A stretch of 36,927 nucleotides of DNA from a virus (taxonomy: Duplodnaviria > Caudoviricetes), in IMG/VR virus record IMGVR_UViG_3300046779_000353, positions 1-36,927 of that record; one strand, written 5' to 3'. Shown here piece by piece: positions 1 through 8,470 of this stretch. The notes beneath the pieces were generated by a model. It was not told where the DNA came from, searched no databases, and saw nothing but the letters and a program-made list of their open reading frames with translations. Numbering within the stretch: position 1 is the first letter of the stretch; each line of letters begins with the position of its first letter. The translations under genes were made by a program, and so were the position numbers.

Positions 1-127
1 GGTCAATCTGAGTGCCATCAAGCAGCTCAGACGTCCAAAATTTTTGCGAGTTGGGCTCTTGGAAGATGAAGTAGCCGTCCAGATAGCCGACCGTCACCGC
101 GCCGGGAAAGTCCACGTCGGTAATCTC
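1..127. repeat. Terminal direct repeat, copy 1 (circularisation overlap, identical to 36801-36927)
   Basis: ggtcaatctg...cggtaatctc occurs exactly at both ends. 127 bp equals a common assembler k-mer, and the repeat lies in the middle of a gene. Confidence 0.95.
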
Positions 128-502
128 GGCGTACTGTTCGGTTGCTGCGTCGTAAATGTAGCCGTCAGGGTTGGCCGCAATGAAAAGCTGCGTGCCGTTG
201 TCGACCATTGACACGGGGCCAGTGCCACTGACGTTACCTATCGGAGTGGCTACCCAGCTGCTAGTTACGCGGTACAGTTTGGTGCCTGACACGGCGTACA
301 TGTAGTCGCCATACGACCACAGCCCTCGGATGGGGCCAGTGCCGACCACACCCAGCTTGCGCAAGCCTGGCGCCCGGTTCAAGTACGCAGGCTCCATACC
401 TTCTGGTGCCGGTGTGGCTTCAGGGTACAAGTTAATCATCCGCGAGTCCGCAGCATTGACGCTGCGGGCGACGTAGGATTGGCCAAGAATCGGCGTTTTC
501 AC
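1..502 (-). CDS. 5' part of P22 gp10-like packaged-DNA stabilisation / tail hub protein (continues across the circular join into 36800..35869; ~477 aa in total)
   Basis: GTG at 502 gives MKTPILGQSYVARSVNAADSRMINLYPE..., in frame with ORF 35869..36915 once the 127-bp overlap is removed (1434 nt). It follows the gp4-like gene, as in P22. Confidence 0.8.
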   Translation of the reverse strand, partial: MKTPILGQSYVARSVNAADSRMINLYPEATPAPEGMEPAYLNRAPGLRKLGVVGTGPIRGLWSYGDYMYAVSGTKLYRVTSSWVATPIGNVSGTGPVSMVDNGTQLFIAANPDGYIYDAATEQYAEITDVDFPGAVTVGYLDGYFIFQEPNSQKFWTSELLDGTQID

Positions 503-505
503 GGC

Positions 506-1216
506 TTAGAAGTTCCCGGCGTAGATGTTGTACCGCTGATGGGTTGCAACCAGCGAGTAAGGCATCGACATCACGTCGTCTGGATTGTTGATACGCTTCA
601 GATTACGCTTGGACGTCATGGCAATCCGTACAACCTGCGGCATGGGTTCAACACCAAACTCGTTGGCTATTTCCATCGCCAAGTTGTACTTGAACGCGCG
701 CAGATAGCCTGGCGGGAACGACAAGGTGGTGTTCAAAGTAGCTGGCTTAGTCAACTGCTGCACCGACACAAAATGCCACTCCAGCAAGCGTGTGGGCTTG
801 GGGTAGACCGTCATGGTGATGTCTGGGAACGTGTTGTTCACAAACATGACCTGAGGGTATGTGCTGGTAACTGTTTTGACCGCAATGCCGTCGTATTGCT
901 GCTGGTTAATCAGCTTGATGCCGTAAGACACGTTGGTCTGCGGATCGCGGAAGTACGTCGCGTCGTCAATCAAAATAGGACGATTGCCGACAAAGTCGCC
1001 GGTCGGCCCAAGCGTGCGGGTGATCTCGTTTGGCGGCCAGTTAAACACCTGATCTTCGGTGCAAAACACGGCTAGGCGCTCAGTATTCCATGAATCAATC
1101 ATCTGATTCATGGCGGTCAATGCGTCCTGCGCTGCCTGCGGGGATGGCTCTTCACCTTCAGCCAGCTGGCCTATGAGCCGGAGCGACGCTTTGATCTGGT
1201 CGAAGGCGGTTGCCAT
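506..1216 (-). CDS. Head-to-tail adaptor, P22 gp4-like
   Basis: N-terminal LRLIGQLAEGEEPS...DALTAMNQMIDSW and C-terminal YNLAMEIANEFG resemble gp4-type adaptors. It lies between the coat cluster and the gp10-like gene. Confidence 0.7.
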   Translation of the reverse strand: MATAFDQIKASLRLIGQLAEGEEPSPQAAQDALTAMNQMIDSWNTERLAVFCTEDQVFNWPPNEITRTLGPTGDFVGNRPILIDDATYFRDPQTNVSYGIKLINQQQYDGIAVKTVTSTYPQVMFVNNTFPDITMTVYPKPTRLLEWHFVSVQQLTKPATLNTTLSFPPGYLRAFKYNLAMEIANEFGVEPMPQVVRIAMTSKRNLKRINNPDDVMSMPYSLVATHQRYNIYAGNF

Positions 1217-1226
1217 TTACACTCCT

Positions 1227-1424
1227 TTAAGCTGCCGCCTCTACAGTGGTGCGGCTACGACGACGTTTAACTTCCAGTTCATTGGCTGGTGCCGCCGCTT
1301 CAGGAGCTGAAGGCGTGTCGGGATTATAGCGTTCCCAGCCGTTTTGTTCATCAAATTCTGCCTCCATTTCCATGTTGGCTATTTTGAATCCGTGAACAGG
1401 ATGCTGTAAGTGAATAATAGGCAT
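1227..1424 (-). CDS. Hypothetical protein (65 aa)
   Basis: Fills the gap in the late operon on the coding strand. Confidence 0.65.
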   Translation of the reverse strand: MPIIHLQHPVHGFKIANMEMEAEFDEQNGWERYNPDTPSAPEAAAPANELEVKRRRSRTTVEAAA

Positions 1425-1431
1425 AGGGTAG

Positions 1432-1449
1432 ACGGGGCCGAAGCCCCGT
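1432..1449 (-). terminator. GC-rich cUUCGg hairpin after the 137-aa gene (weak terminator or mRNA stabiliser)
   Basis: Minus strand ACGGGGC-TTCG-GCCCCGT; no clear U-tract. Confidence 0.55.
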
Positions 1450-1453
1450 GGTT

Positions 1454-1867
1454 TTACTGTACGTGAATTACTGCAAAGTTAATGACAACCGCCTCAGACA
1501 ATGAACCGCCGGAAAGGTTGCGCAATGTAATTGTGCAGCTTCCGGTAGATTTGCCAGAAATCCAGCAGTTGTAGGCACCAGCAGTCGCACCAGCTGCAAC
1601 GCTCAAGACCACAATGTCTTTAGCGGTGATAGTGCTGTTAGTCAACGTAAACGAGACGTTTGTGGCGTTAGCCAAAGCGGCGTCGTTCATAGTGATTTGA
1701 CCAGCAGACTTGTTCAAGGTCACGCCAGTCGATTTGCTAGTTGCTTGAGTTACGGTACCGCTTGCGTCTGCGGTGTAGCCCAACTCGCCACCAGACATCA
1801 CCGAGTCAGACCCGATGATGTTCTGATCTTCGTAGGCCACGCCGATCGGTTTGGTATTGGATGACAT
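1454..1867 (-). CDS. Putative minor capsid / decoration protein (137 aa)
   Basis: Beta-rich, S/T/A/G-rich, two genes downstream of the coat gene, with an AAAGGA RBS. Confidence 0.6.
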   Translation of the reverse strand: MSSNTKPIGVAYEDQNIIGSDSVMSGGELGYTADASGTVTQATSKSTGVTLNKSAGQITMNDAALANATNVSFTLTNSTITAKDIVVLSVAAGATAGAYNCWISGKSTGSCTITLRNLSGGSLSEAVVINFAVIHVQ

Positions 1868-1886
1868 GGTGGTTCCTTTAAAGAAT

Positions 1887-1904
1887 AGGGGGCCGAAGCC
1901 CCCT
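1887..1904 (-). terminator. GC-rich cUUCGg hairpin after the 132-aa gene
   Basis: Minus strand AGGGGGC-TTCG-GCCCCCT followed by ATTCTTT. Confidence 0.6.
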
Positions 1905-1909
1905 CGGCA

Positions 1910-2308
1910 TTAAGAGATGCGGTACAGCGTCCAAGAACCGTCACCGGTCTTGCGAGCACGGAAGTGGCCTGAAGTACCTTCAGTCACTGCCATAGCGCCC
2001 ACCAGAGTCCAGCCAGTAGCCGTAGCAACTGTCACGTCGTCAGTACCAGCATCGATATTGATAACGTAGAAGTCAAATGCTGCATTGACTTTAGCTGCGC
2101 TAGAAATGCCTGCTTCCAGATCAGCAACGGTTGGCAGAGTCAGATTGCCAGCAGTGCCGTTGAAAGTGAACAGACCGTTTGCAATTTGAGCTGCAGTAGC
2201 AGTCGCTGCTGCAGTCAATGCAGTCGGGGCGCCCTGAACAAACAGTTGGGCTTCGCCGACATTACCATCACCAAGCTGGTAACCACCAGCGCCATTAGGA
2301 AGTGCCAT
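1910..2308 (-). CDS. Putative capsid decoration / cement protein (132 aa)
   Basis: Immediately downstream of the coat gene, TAAGGA RBS, A/T/G-rich beta protein. Confidence 0.65.
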   Translation of the reverse strand: MALPNGAGGYQLGDGNVGEAQLFVQGAPTALTAAATATAAQIANGLFTFNGTAGNLTLPTVADLEAGISSAAKVNAAFDFYVINIDAGTDDVTVATATGWTLVGAMAVTEGTSGHFRARKTGDGSWTLYRIS

Positions 2309-2336
2309 GATAAGTATCCTTAAAAAATGTTGTTAA

Positions 2337-2354
2337 TGGGGGCCGAAGCCCCCA
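2337..2354 (-). terminator. GC-rich cUUCGg hairpin after the coat gene
   Basis: Minus strand TGGGGGC-TTCG-GCCCCCA directly after the coat stop codon. Confidence 0.6.
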
Positions 2355-2358
2355 CCAA

Positions 2359-3561
2359 TTAGCCCCAGATACGGCAGCCCATTTGTGGACGGATCGTGCT
2401 GTAGCCGTACAGAACGTCGATACGGCAAGGCAGACGGTCGTTGTTAATGTCGTACTGGCGAACAATACGCATCGAGATACCGTTATGGACTTGGCGAGAA
2501 GCCATATCCACGCCTTGTGGCATCAGCAGGTCGGCGGTAGCGAAAGTGATCGCATCCTTATGGTAGACCAGGTTCTGAGCGTACTGACCATTGGCCGAAC
2601 CGACCATAGTCACTGCAGCGCCCGAAGCAGGCAGAGCCGAGACGGTAGCCAGTGCTTGGCTTGCCGAATACAGAGCTGGGAAGATCGACAGAGTTGCAGT
2701 CGAAGAACCAGTAGCAGCGGCAGTCACGGTGAACTGCTGGAGCGAACCGGTCGACTCGCGAGTCTGTGGGTTGACAGCGTACACGTTAGCAATCGTGAAC
2801 ACGTCGCCGACATTCCAAGTCTTGCTCGAACCAGTGAAGCTGATTGGCAGAGTGGACTGACCTTCAGTCGTGACAGTCGAAGTCACGGTGATGGTGGTGC
2901 CCCAATCGCCGTTAGTGTGCTGCTTGATCGACTGAGACATGTTGACTTCGTCGTAGCCCAGAACGCCGGTGCCCATCATGCCGTTCTTGAACTGGCGGCT
3001 GATAGTGTCGGTTGGGTTAAACAGACCTTTCATGCCTTCAACCAGACCAGCGTTAGCAGCTGGATTAACGGTTGCGTAGCGTGGCGACATCACAGCTGCG
3101 TTTTCGTTCAGCTTCTGCTGGGCTTGCAGCAGAACGAGCGAAGTCGAAGGCGTGGTGCCGGGTGTGCCGACGGAGTTACCGATAGCCTTGTATGCGTTAG
3201 CAACGTCAGCATCGATCGACGATGCAAGCTGAGAAATACGAGGCTTCAGAACACGCTCTGCAAAGTCATCCAACTGCATGGTGAGTTCGGCGGAGGTGAA
3301 GTTCACACCGATGTGCTTTTGCGAAGCAACGGTCAGTGTGGTGAACTGTTCGTTGTCGTCCTGAACTTGCAGGGCGGCACCGTCAGTCACCAGCGCGCGA
3401 TCCGGTAAACGGATACGCAGTGTGGAACCAATTTTTGCGCCTTCAACGGCGAAAGAATCGTCGTATTGACGATTGACGTTACGAGTGATTACCAGGTTGT
3501 TCTCGAGGATTTCGAGAGCCTTACGGGTAATCATGTCGATGGTAAGAATCGAGTTTGCCAT
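2359..3561 (-). CDS. Major capsid protein, P22 gp5 (coat) family
   Basis: 400 aa; MANSILTIDMITRKAL...KIGSTLRIRLP and C-terminal CRIDVLYG are typical of P22-coat-like proteins; follows the scaffold gene. Confidence 0.9.
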   Translation of the reverse strand: MANSILTIDMITRKALEILENNLVITRNVNRQYDDSFAVEGAKIGSTLRIRLPDRALVTDGAALQVQDDNEQFTTLTVASQKHIGVNFTSAELTMQLDDFAERVLKPRISQLASSIDADVANAYKAIGNSVGTPGTTPSTSLVLLQAQQKLNENAAVMSPRYATVNPAANAGLVEGMKGLFNPTDTISRQFKNGMMGTGVLGYDEVNMSQSIKQHTNGDWGTTITVTSTVTTEGQSTLPISFTGSSKTWNVGDVFTIANVYAVNPQTRESTGSLQQFTVTAAATGSSTATLSIFPALYSASQALATVSALPASGAAVTMVGSANGQYAQNLVYHKDAITFATADLLMPQGVDMASRQVHNGISMRIVRQYDINNDRLPCRIDVLYGYSTIRPQMGCRIWG

Positions 3562-3579
3562 GATTTATCCTAAAAAAAA

Positions 3580-4356
3580 TTAGCGGTTACGTTGAGCTTC
3601 CCACTTCTTGATTTGACGCTGGCGCTCTGCCTCAATCCACTCTGACGTACTCATGTTCTTGATAGAACGTGGGTCAGTCGTGTCATAAGACGGCGCGCCA
3701 GTGCCACGACCACTAATTGGTGCTATCGGTGGTGGGGCGCTTGTCGTTTTCTTCAAAATCGGTTCGGAAGCAATCTTGGCCTCCAATTTGCCGATCTCTT
3801 TGGCCTGCAGAATAGGCGATAGGCGTGAAATCCGACTAGCTTCATTCGGGTGTGAGCCCAAGTAGTAAGCGAGTTCGGGGCCGATTTCAGAAGCCTGAAT
3901 AGTCTCAGCCATCGCGTTCGTGATCGGCAGTGCAGGGTTGTATGCGACTTGCTCGAAGTCTTCATACTTAGCCCGCGCGTCCTCTTCACGATCTTGATAC
4001 GCCTCAAGCATACTCATGCGTTCACGATCAGCTTCACGCTTGGCCAACAATTCCTCTGCCTTGCGTATAGCCAGTGCATCGGCATACTCATCGACAGAAT
4101 TGAAATTCTCGACCGGTGGGAGTTCGGCAGGTGCGGCAGGCGCTTCTTGCGCTCGACGTGCCTGTTCTCTTTCCCACTTACGCTGTTCTCTTGCAAGCCG
4201 CTTGCCAATCGCAGCATCGAGCTCTTCTTGTGTGAAGACTTTAGCTGGTTTTGGCTCTTCAGTTTCCGGCGCAATTGCTTCGGGTTCCGGTACTGCCGTC
4301 GGTTCCGGTTCCGGCGCGGGCACTGCCGCTAGATCATTTTGTACTTCGTCAGACAT
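3580..4356 (-). CDS. Capsid scaffolding protein
   Basis: Acidic/Pro-rich N-terminus, FTQEELDAAIGKRLARE coiled coil, APPPIAPI motif; directly upstream of the coat gene. Confidence 0.8.
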   Translation of the reverse strand: MSDEVQNDLAAVPAPEPEPTAVPEPEAIAPETEEPKPAKVFTQEELDAAIGKRLAREQRKWEREQARRAQEAPAAPAELPPVENFNSVDEYADALAIRKAEELLAKREADRERMSMLEAYQDREEDARAKYEDFEQVAYNPALPITNAMAETIQASEIGPELAYYLGSHPNEASRISRLSPILQAKEIGKLEAKIASEPILKKTTSAPPPIAPISGRGTGAPSYDTTDPRSIKNMSTSEWIEAERQRQIKKWEAQRNR

Positions 4357-4407
4357 TGTCGATTCCTAAAGAATCCCAGGTGTGCCGCACCTGTGCGGTA
4401 TTTCGAT

Positions 4408-4674
4408 TTACTCGTAAATAACTGTTGCGTTTACTGTACCACTGATTACGACATAAATGCCATTTCTAGCATACGCGCCGTCAAGCGGCAGCAGGTATGA
4501 CGTGGCAGCAGCCGGCGTGAACGTCCCCAAGATCGTGGTGGTCGTGGTCGCTGCAGCTGAGTCGTAGACAGTGATGGTCGGGGTGCTAGAAGCTGCGCTG
4601 ACAAAAATACCCTTCAGCTTACCCGCCATCGGTTTAATGTTGGCCGAAGCCGTGATATAGGTGTAATTTGCCAT
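4408..4674 (-). CDS. Hypothetical small beta-rich virion protein (88 aa)
   Basis: GAGG RBS, in the head operon, T/A-rich. Confidence 0.65.
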   Translation of the reverse strand: MANYTYITASANIKPMAGKLKGIFVSAASSTPTITVYDSAAATTTTTILGTFTPAAATSYLLPLDGAYARNGIYVVISGTVNATVIYE

Positions 4675-4682
4675 GTTTTACC

Positions 4683-5045
4683 TCAAGCAAGAAACTTCAA
4701 TTTATAGAGCGTTGACATGTACAGCCCTTCAATTTCGTCGATGATATTGTGGATTGCGGTGCATTCCTTATCGACGACCTTGTAGCGCGCAGCATGTATT
4801 TCATCTAGCTGATCCTGCAGGAATTCCAAAATATTGCCCTGCTTTTTAGCAGACTGCAACGTAATTGGGCCAATCAGGCCGTACTTGCCTTGATAAGCTT
4901 CAGCAAACTTGTCCGCTAGATCAACAATACCGTCGTAAAACTTCTGCAGCGCCTTGTGTTTGGCGTAACTGCGGGTGTTCAGATGCACTGAATGAGCCAC
5001 ATCACGACCCAAAAACAGCGTACCTACAAAGTCTGCGGCGTTCAT
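4683..5045 (-). CDS. Ferritin/Dps-like four-helix protein (DUF5856-like)
   Basis: H-x3-H...HKALQKFYD...D-x2-AE pattern resembles the Dps ferroxidase signature; start overlaps the portal stop (ATGA). Confidence 0.65.
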   Translation of the reverse strand: MNAADFVGTLFLGRDVAHSVHLNTRSYAKHKALQKFYDGIVDLADKFAEAYQGKYGLIGPITLQSAKKQGNILEFLQDQLDEIHAARYKVVDKECTAIHNIIDEIEGLYMSTLYKLKFLA

Positions 5046-7321
5046 ACCATTGGCTCCTGAGGCGGCATATTCATCATTTCTGGCGGCATTTCAGCCGATT
5101 CAGGTGGGATCATACCCATTTCAGGCGGCATTTGCTGCATTTCTTGCGGCATTTCCTGCGGCATAGCCATGTCGCCCATCAGCTGCTGGCTCTGCTGCTG
5201 CATCACCAAGTCGCCTGTGGTCATCACATCACGCAGAGTCTGCATGACAACTTCTTGCACCTGTTCGGGGTTCATAGCGCCAGATATGGCAGTCAGTCGC
5301 TGTGTCTCGGCCTGATACGCCTTGATCTCGGCTTCAAAGTTCTTGCGCTCCAAGTCCTGCACTTCGACTGACTTGCCGACGTTTTGCAGCATCTGCTGGA
5401 GCTGATCCAGCTCTTGGCCCATCGCCTCGATCTGCTGCTTGGCCATCTGCATCTCGGGGCTGTCGTCCGAACCATCGCCCAGCACTTTCGGGTCGATGAC
5501 GCGAGCAAACCGCTCGGCCATCTCTTGGGCGCCCGGCCAATCCATGTTTTTGATGAACAGGTCGCCGGCGACTTGCCAGAGCTGCGGGTTGGATTGCAGG
5601 ATCATACCCATCGCGTCCAGTGCCTCCTGACGCTTGGTCATGTAGGACGGGCCGGTGGTCACCACGACGTCGTACTTACCCACGCCGGGGTTGTATATCT
5701 TGTCGATCTCGATGTTGTTCTGATCCACGATCTTCTTGACCGGCATTGGCTGGGTGGGGTCAAGCTTGACCATGTCGGTGTCGCCATCCACGCCAATGAT
5801 GCGGGCAACCCGCTGGGTGTCGTAAATCTTCGGGATCAGGTCAACAATCTGGCGAGTGACGTGCCTAATAGCCCGTGCCAGATTGTCCACGTAATGATAA
5901 GTGCCAGTGTCAGACTGACGCTCGCGCGCCATAATTGCCTTGCCCGAACGCTCATTCGATGTCGCTCCCAAGCTAGTGTCGTACTGCCCCGTGGTCGACT
6001 TAATGTCGTCCGAGGCGCCCATCTTGGCCTGAATCAGACCGGTCTGCGGCAGCGGTGGGGCAGCACGTTGTGGCAGCGGCAGGACAGCCCCAGAGCCGTC
6101 TGTAACATCCGGGTTGACCTCTAGATACGGCCAGTTCTGCGTGTTGGCCGTCTTCCACTGCATCTCGTAGCCTTCAAACTGGCCGCCATAGCCAATGAAC
6201 GGTGCTTTGGGTGCCAAGGCCAGCATCTCGGCCTCTTGGCTCGTCCAGTAGTTGTACATGCGCTGGGCGTCTTTAGCGTTACGCACCAGACCCGACACGT
6301 ACAGCTTGCCGTCGACCTCAAACTCGTTACCAATGACGCGCACGACCGGGATCCACTTGCCAACCCAATCCTGCTCTTCCAACATCTCGTAGCCGTTGGT
6401 CTTGCACCACTTGACCCGCTTGGCATGTACCTGACGCTTACGCACAGGCTTGACACCCATCTGCTTCATCTGGCGAGCTTCGGGCGAACCTTCGAAAGCC
6501 GTCACGTTGCCGGGGTACAGGTTCAGTGTCGCGTTGTCGTACTCTACGTAGTAATACTCAGCAATACGCACGGTGTCTTGGTTGATCCAGACCGAAATCG
6601 ATTGGTCGCCCACACCTTGCGCCTGCAAGGTCGAGATAGGGCTTGCGTTGGGGAACATGCGCTCGTATTCAGCGCGCTGCAGGTCTTCGGTAATGAAGCA
6701 CCACTTAGCATCTGCGCCGCAGGGGTCTTGGATGGTAGGGTCCATGTAGACCGAAAACGAGTTGCGTACCCGTGCGATCTTGATGTCCTGATCGAACGTG
6801 TCGTCGTCGCAATACTCGGTCAGGATGCGGATGTAACCTTCGCCGTAGCTTACTTGGTTCTCGCAGGCGGTGTCGTAGGCAACGTCGGCATCCGAGATGT
6901 ACTCGATGTGCCTGACCATGCCGTTGTAGATTTCGGCGACTTCTGGGTCGGCGTTGTCGTCAGCGGGTATAACTTTGCCGCTCGGACGGTTTTGTCTTTG
7001 GTCGTTCGTGACTTGTCGGACATGTTGCGGCAGCTTGTTGATCGTCAGTGTCGGGCGGGCGTTGATCGTCTGCCCTTGCACTGCACCACGGGTGGCCAGA
7101 ACATCTGCCGGCCACTGCCAGTGGTTGTCCGGCGAGCCTGCATAGAAGCGCAGGTCGTCTAGTTCGTCTTCCCGGCTTTCAGACAGCGCAGAAATCGCCA
7201 TTTGCAGGCGCTTTCGCATGGTCGACAACACATCCTGTGTGTCTTTTTTGATGTCGTCGGGCGGTGGATTTCCACCGATATCGGCGACTTTTGCTGCCTT
7301 ATTTATGCCGGTATAGTCCAT
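5042..7321 (-). CDS. Portal protein, P22 gp1-like
   Basis: 759 aa; QWP...RPTLTINKL, GLVRNAKDAQRMYNY, SGKAIMAR and GKYDV...GPSYMTKRQE motifs; C-terminal coiled coil with an M/P/Q/E-rich tail. Confidence 0.92.
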   Translation of the reverse strand: MDYTGINKAAKVADIGGNPPPDDIKKDTQDVLSTMRKRLQMAISALSESREDELDDLRFYAGSPDNHWQWPADVLATRGAVQGQTINARPTLTINKLPQHVRQVTNDQRQNRPSGKVIPADDNADPEVAEIYNGMVRHIEYISDADVAYDTACENQVSYGEGYIRILTEYCDDDTFDQDIKIARVRNSFSVYMDPTIQDPCGADAKWCFITEDLQRAEYERMFPNASPISTLQAQGVGDQSISVWINQDTVRIAEYYYVEYDNATLNLYPGNVTAFEGSPEARQMKQMGVKPVRKRQVHAKRVKWCKTNGYEMLEEQDWVGKWIPVVRVIGNEFEVDGKLYVSGLVRNAKDAQRMYNYWTSQEAEMLALAPKAPFIGYGGQFEGYEMQWKTANTQNWPYLEVNPDVTDGSGAVLPLPQRAAPPLPQTGLIQAKMGASDDIKSTTGQYDTSLGATSNERSGKAIMARERQSDTGTYHYVDNLARAIRHVTRQIVDLIPKIYDTQRVARIIGVDGDTDMVKLDPTQPMPVKKIVDQNNIEIDKIYNPGVGKYDVVVTTGPSYMTKRQEALDAMGMILQSNPQLWQVAGDLFIKNMDWPGAQEMAERFARVIDPKVLGDGSDDSPEMQMAKQQIEAMGQELDQLQQMLQNVGKSVEVQDLERKNFEAEIKAYQAETQRLTAISGAMNPEQVQEVVMQTLRDVMTTGDLVMQQQSQQLMGDMAMPQEMPQEMQQMPPEMGMIPPESAEMPPEMMNMPPQEPMV

Positions 7322-7468
7322 TTACTTCATCTTTTTCGCTGGTTTGGCGGCTGCGCGCTTGGTCGCATACGCAATCGCAACACTTTGTTTCACCGATTTT
7401 CCGGATTTTACCTCGGCCTTGACGTTTTTACGAAAGGCTTCCTTGCTTGCGGACTTTACGAGCGGCAT
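7322..7468 (-). CDS. Small basic protein (48 aa; not in the ORF track)
   Basis: Hand-translated MPLVKSASKEAFRKNVKAEVKSGKSVKQSVAIAYATKRAAAKPAKKMK; abuts both neighbours (TAATG overlap; stop adjacent to the portal ATG). Confidence 0.75.
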   Translation of the reverse strand: MPLVKSASKEAFRKNVKAEVKSGKSVKQSVAIAYATKRAAAKPAKKMK

Positions 7469-7881
7469 TATCGCACTCCCATAAACTGTCGTAATTGTTT
7501 GACATACTCTAGCTGTTCAGGTGTTGGCGTTAGCGCCGATGGGTCACCCGACAGTATGCGTGCGGCCAGAGTCTGCCGTATATCATCAATATTACCTGTT
7601 CCGTAGGTTGAAAACGCTTTTTCTTGTTCGGGCGTCAACGCGTATCTGGGTGACGGTAACATCCCCCGGCGCATGTGGACGCGGGCGGCTTCGTTTAACT
7701 TAACAGATTCTTGTTCTTGCGGCTTTAACGTGCTGTACGGATTCAAAATAATCTTATCGTCTTCCGCTGCCATACCCGCTACGTTCGGGTTCTTCTTAAA
7801 ATACTCTAATTCCGATTCAAACGGCTCGCGCATACCCACGCCATACACGCCTTCGGGGTATCCTGTCACGTTGCCGGGCAT
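7468..7881 (-). CDS. Hypothetical protein (137 aa)
   Basis: Tightly coupled to its neighbours on the coding strand; visibly more AT-rich than portal. Confidence 0.7.
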   Translation of the reverse strand: MPGNVTGYPEGVYGVGMREPFESELEYFKKNPNVAGMAAEDDKIILNPYSTLKPQEQESVKLNEAARVHMRRGMLPSPRYALTPEQEKAFSTYGTGNIDDIRQTLAARILSGDPSALTPTPEQLEYVKQLRQFMGVR

Positions 7882-7882
7882 C

Positions 7883-8038
7883 TTACTTCCCCTTTTTAGC
7901 CGTTTTGGCCGATTGCTTGAAGTCTTTGCTGGTCGGCGCGCCAGGCGAGCCGGGTTTGCGCATCTTTTCGCCCGATCCGGCCTTAATTCGCTCGCGTTTA
8001 GCGTGAATGTTTGCGTACAGTCCTGGTTTGGTCGCCAT
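7883..8038 (-). CDS. Small basic protein (51 aa; not in the ORF track)
   Basis: Hand-translated MATKPGLYANIHAKRERIKAGSGEKMRKPGSPGAPTSKDFKQSAKTAKKGK; GGGAG RBS upstream. Confidence 0.75.
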   Translation of the reverse strand: MATKPGLYANIHAKRERIKAGSGEKMRKPGSPGAPTSKDFKQSAKTAKKGK

Positions 8039-8040
8039 AA

Positions 8041-8469
8041 TTAACTCCCTTTTGACCAAAACGCGCCAGTTTTAGGGTTGCGGGCGTTTGGTGTGTGCAA
8101 TAGTGGGTGAAGTCTAGCGTGTTCAACGGTTTTTAGCACCCGCAAATTTTCAACGCGATTGTCAGCGTGGTGACCGTTAATGTGGTCTACCTGTTCACCA
8201 GGCTCTAACCGCTTAATAAACGCGTCGGCTACAAGGCGATGAACCAAAAAAGCCTTGCATCGTTCAGTACGTAAACCACCTTTTCGAAACCGCACTTCTA
8301 CATACGGTTTAGTGCGTCCGTTGTCCTTTTTTGGGGTTAAACGCATAATTCGTTCAGGCATTGGCACATCCGCGCCAGCTTTTCCCCGCCTCATCCGAGC
8401 CAAAGATTTGATGCGGCCAAGTGTGCTTACTTGGTACCGTCCTTCATACCCTTGGATATCAGCCCACAT
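8041..8469 (-). CDS. Free-standing NUMOD4-HNH homing endonuclease (likely start ATG 8469)
   Basis: WADIQGYEGRYQVSTLGRIKS (NUMOD4) plus VHRLVA...VDHINGHHADNRVENL (HNH). Confidence 0.9.
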   Translation of the reverse strand: MWADIQGYEGRYQVSTLGRIKSLARMRRGKAGADVPMPERIMRLTPKKDNGRTKPYVEVRFRKGGLRTERCKAFLVHRLVADAFIKRLEPGEQVDHINGHHADNRVENLRVLKTVEHARLHPLLHTPNARNPKTGAFWSKGS

Positions 8470-8470
8470 T

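Noticed and set aside
1-127. Terminal repeat as a biological direct terminal repeat
   Set aside because: It is exactly 127 bp (a standard assembler k-mer) and falls in the middle of the gp10-like gene, so it is best explained as a circular assembly overlap.
2383-3408. Long antisense ORFs (also 479-1075, 5384-6124, 6236-7162, 9258-9947, 10878-11561)
   Set aside because: They lie opposite well-supported genes, are expected from GC-rich codon bias, and show no recognisable motifs.
5042-5175. Repetitive M/P/Q/E-rich portal C-terminus as a separate repeat element
   Set aside because: A low-complexity disordered tail is common on P22-like portals, and there is no exact DNA periodicity.
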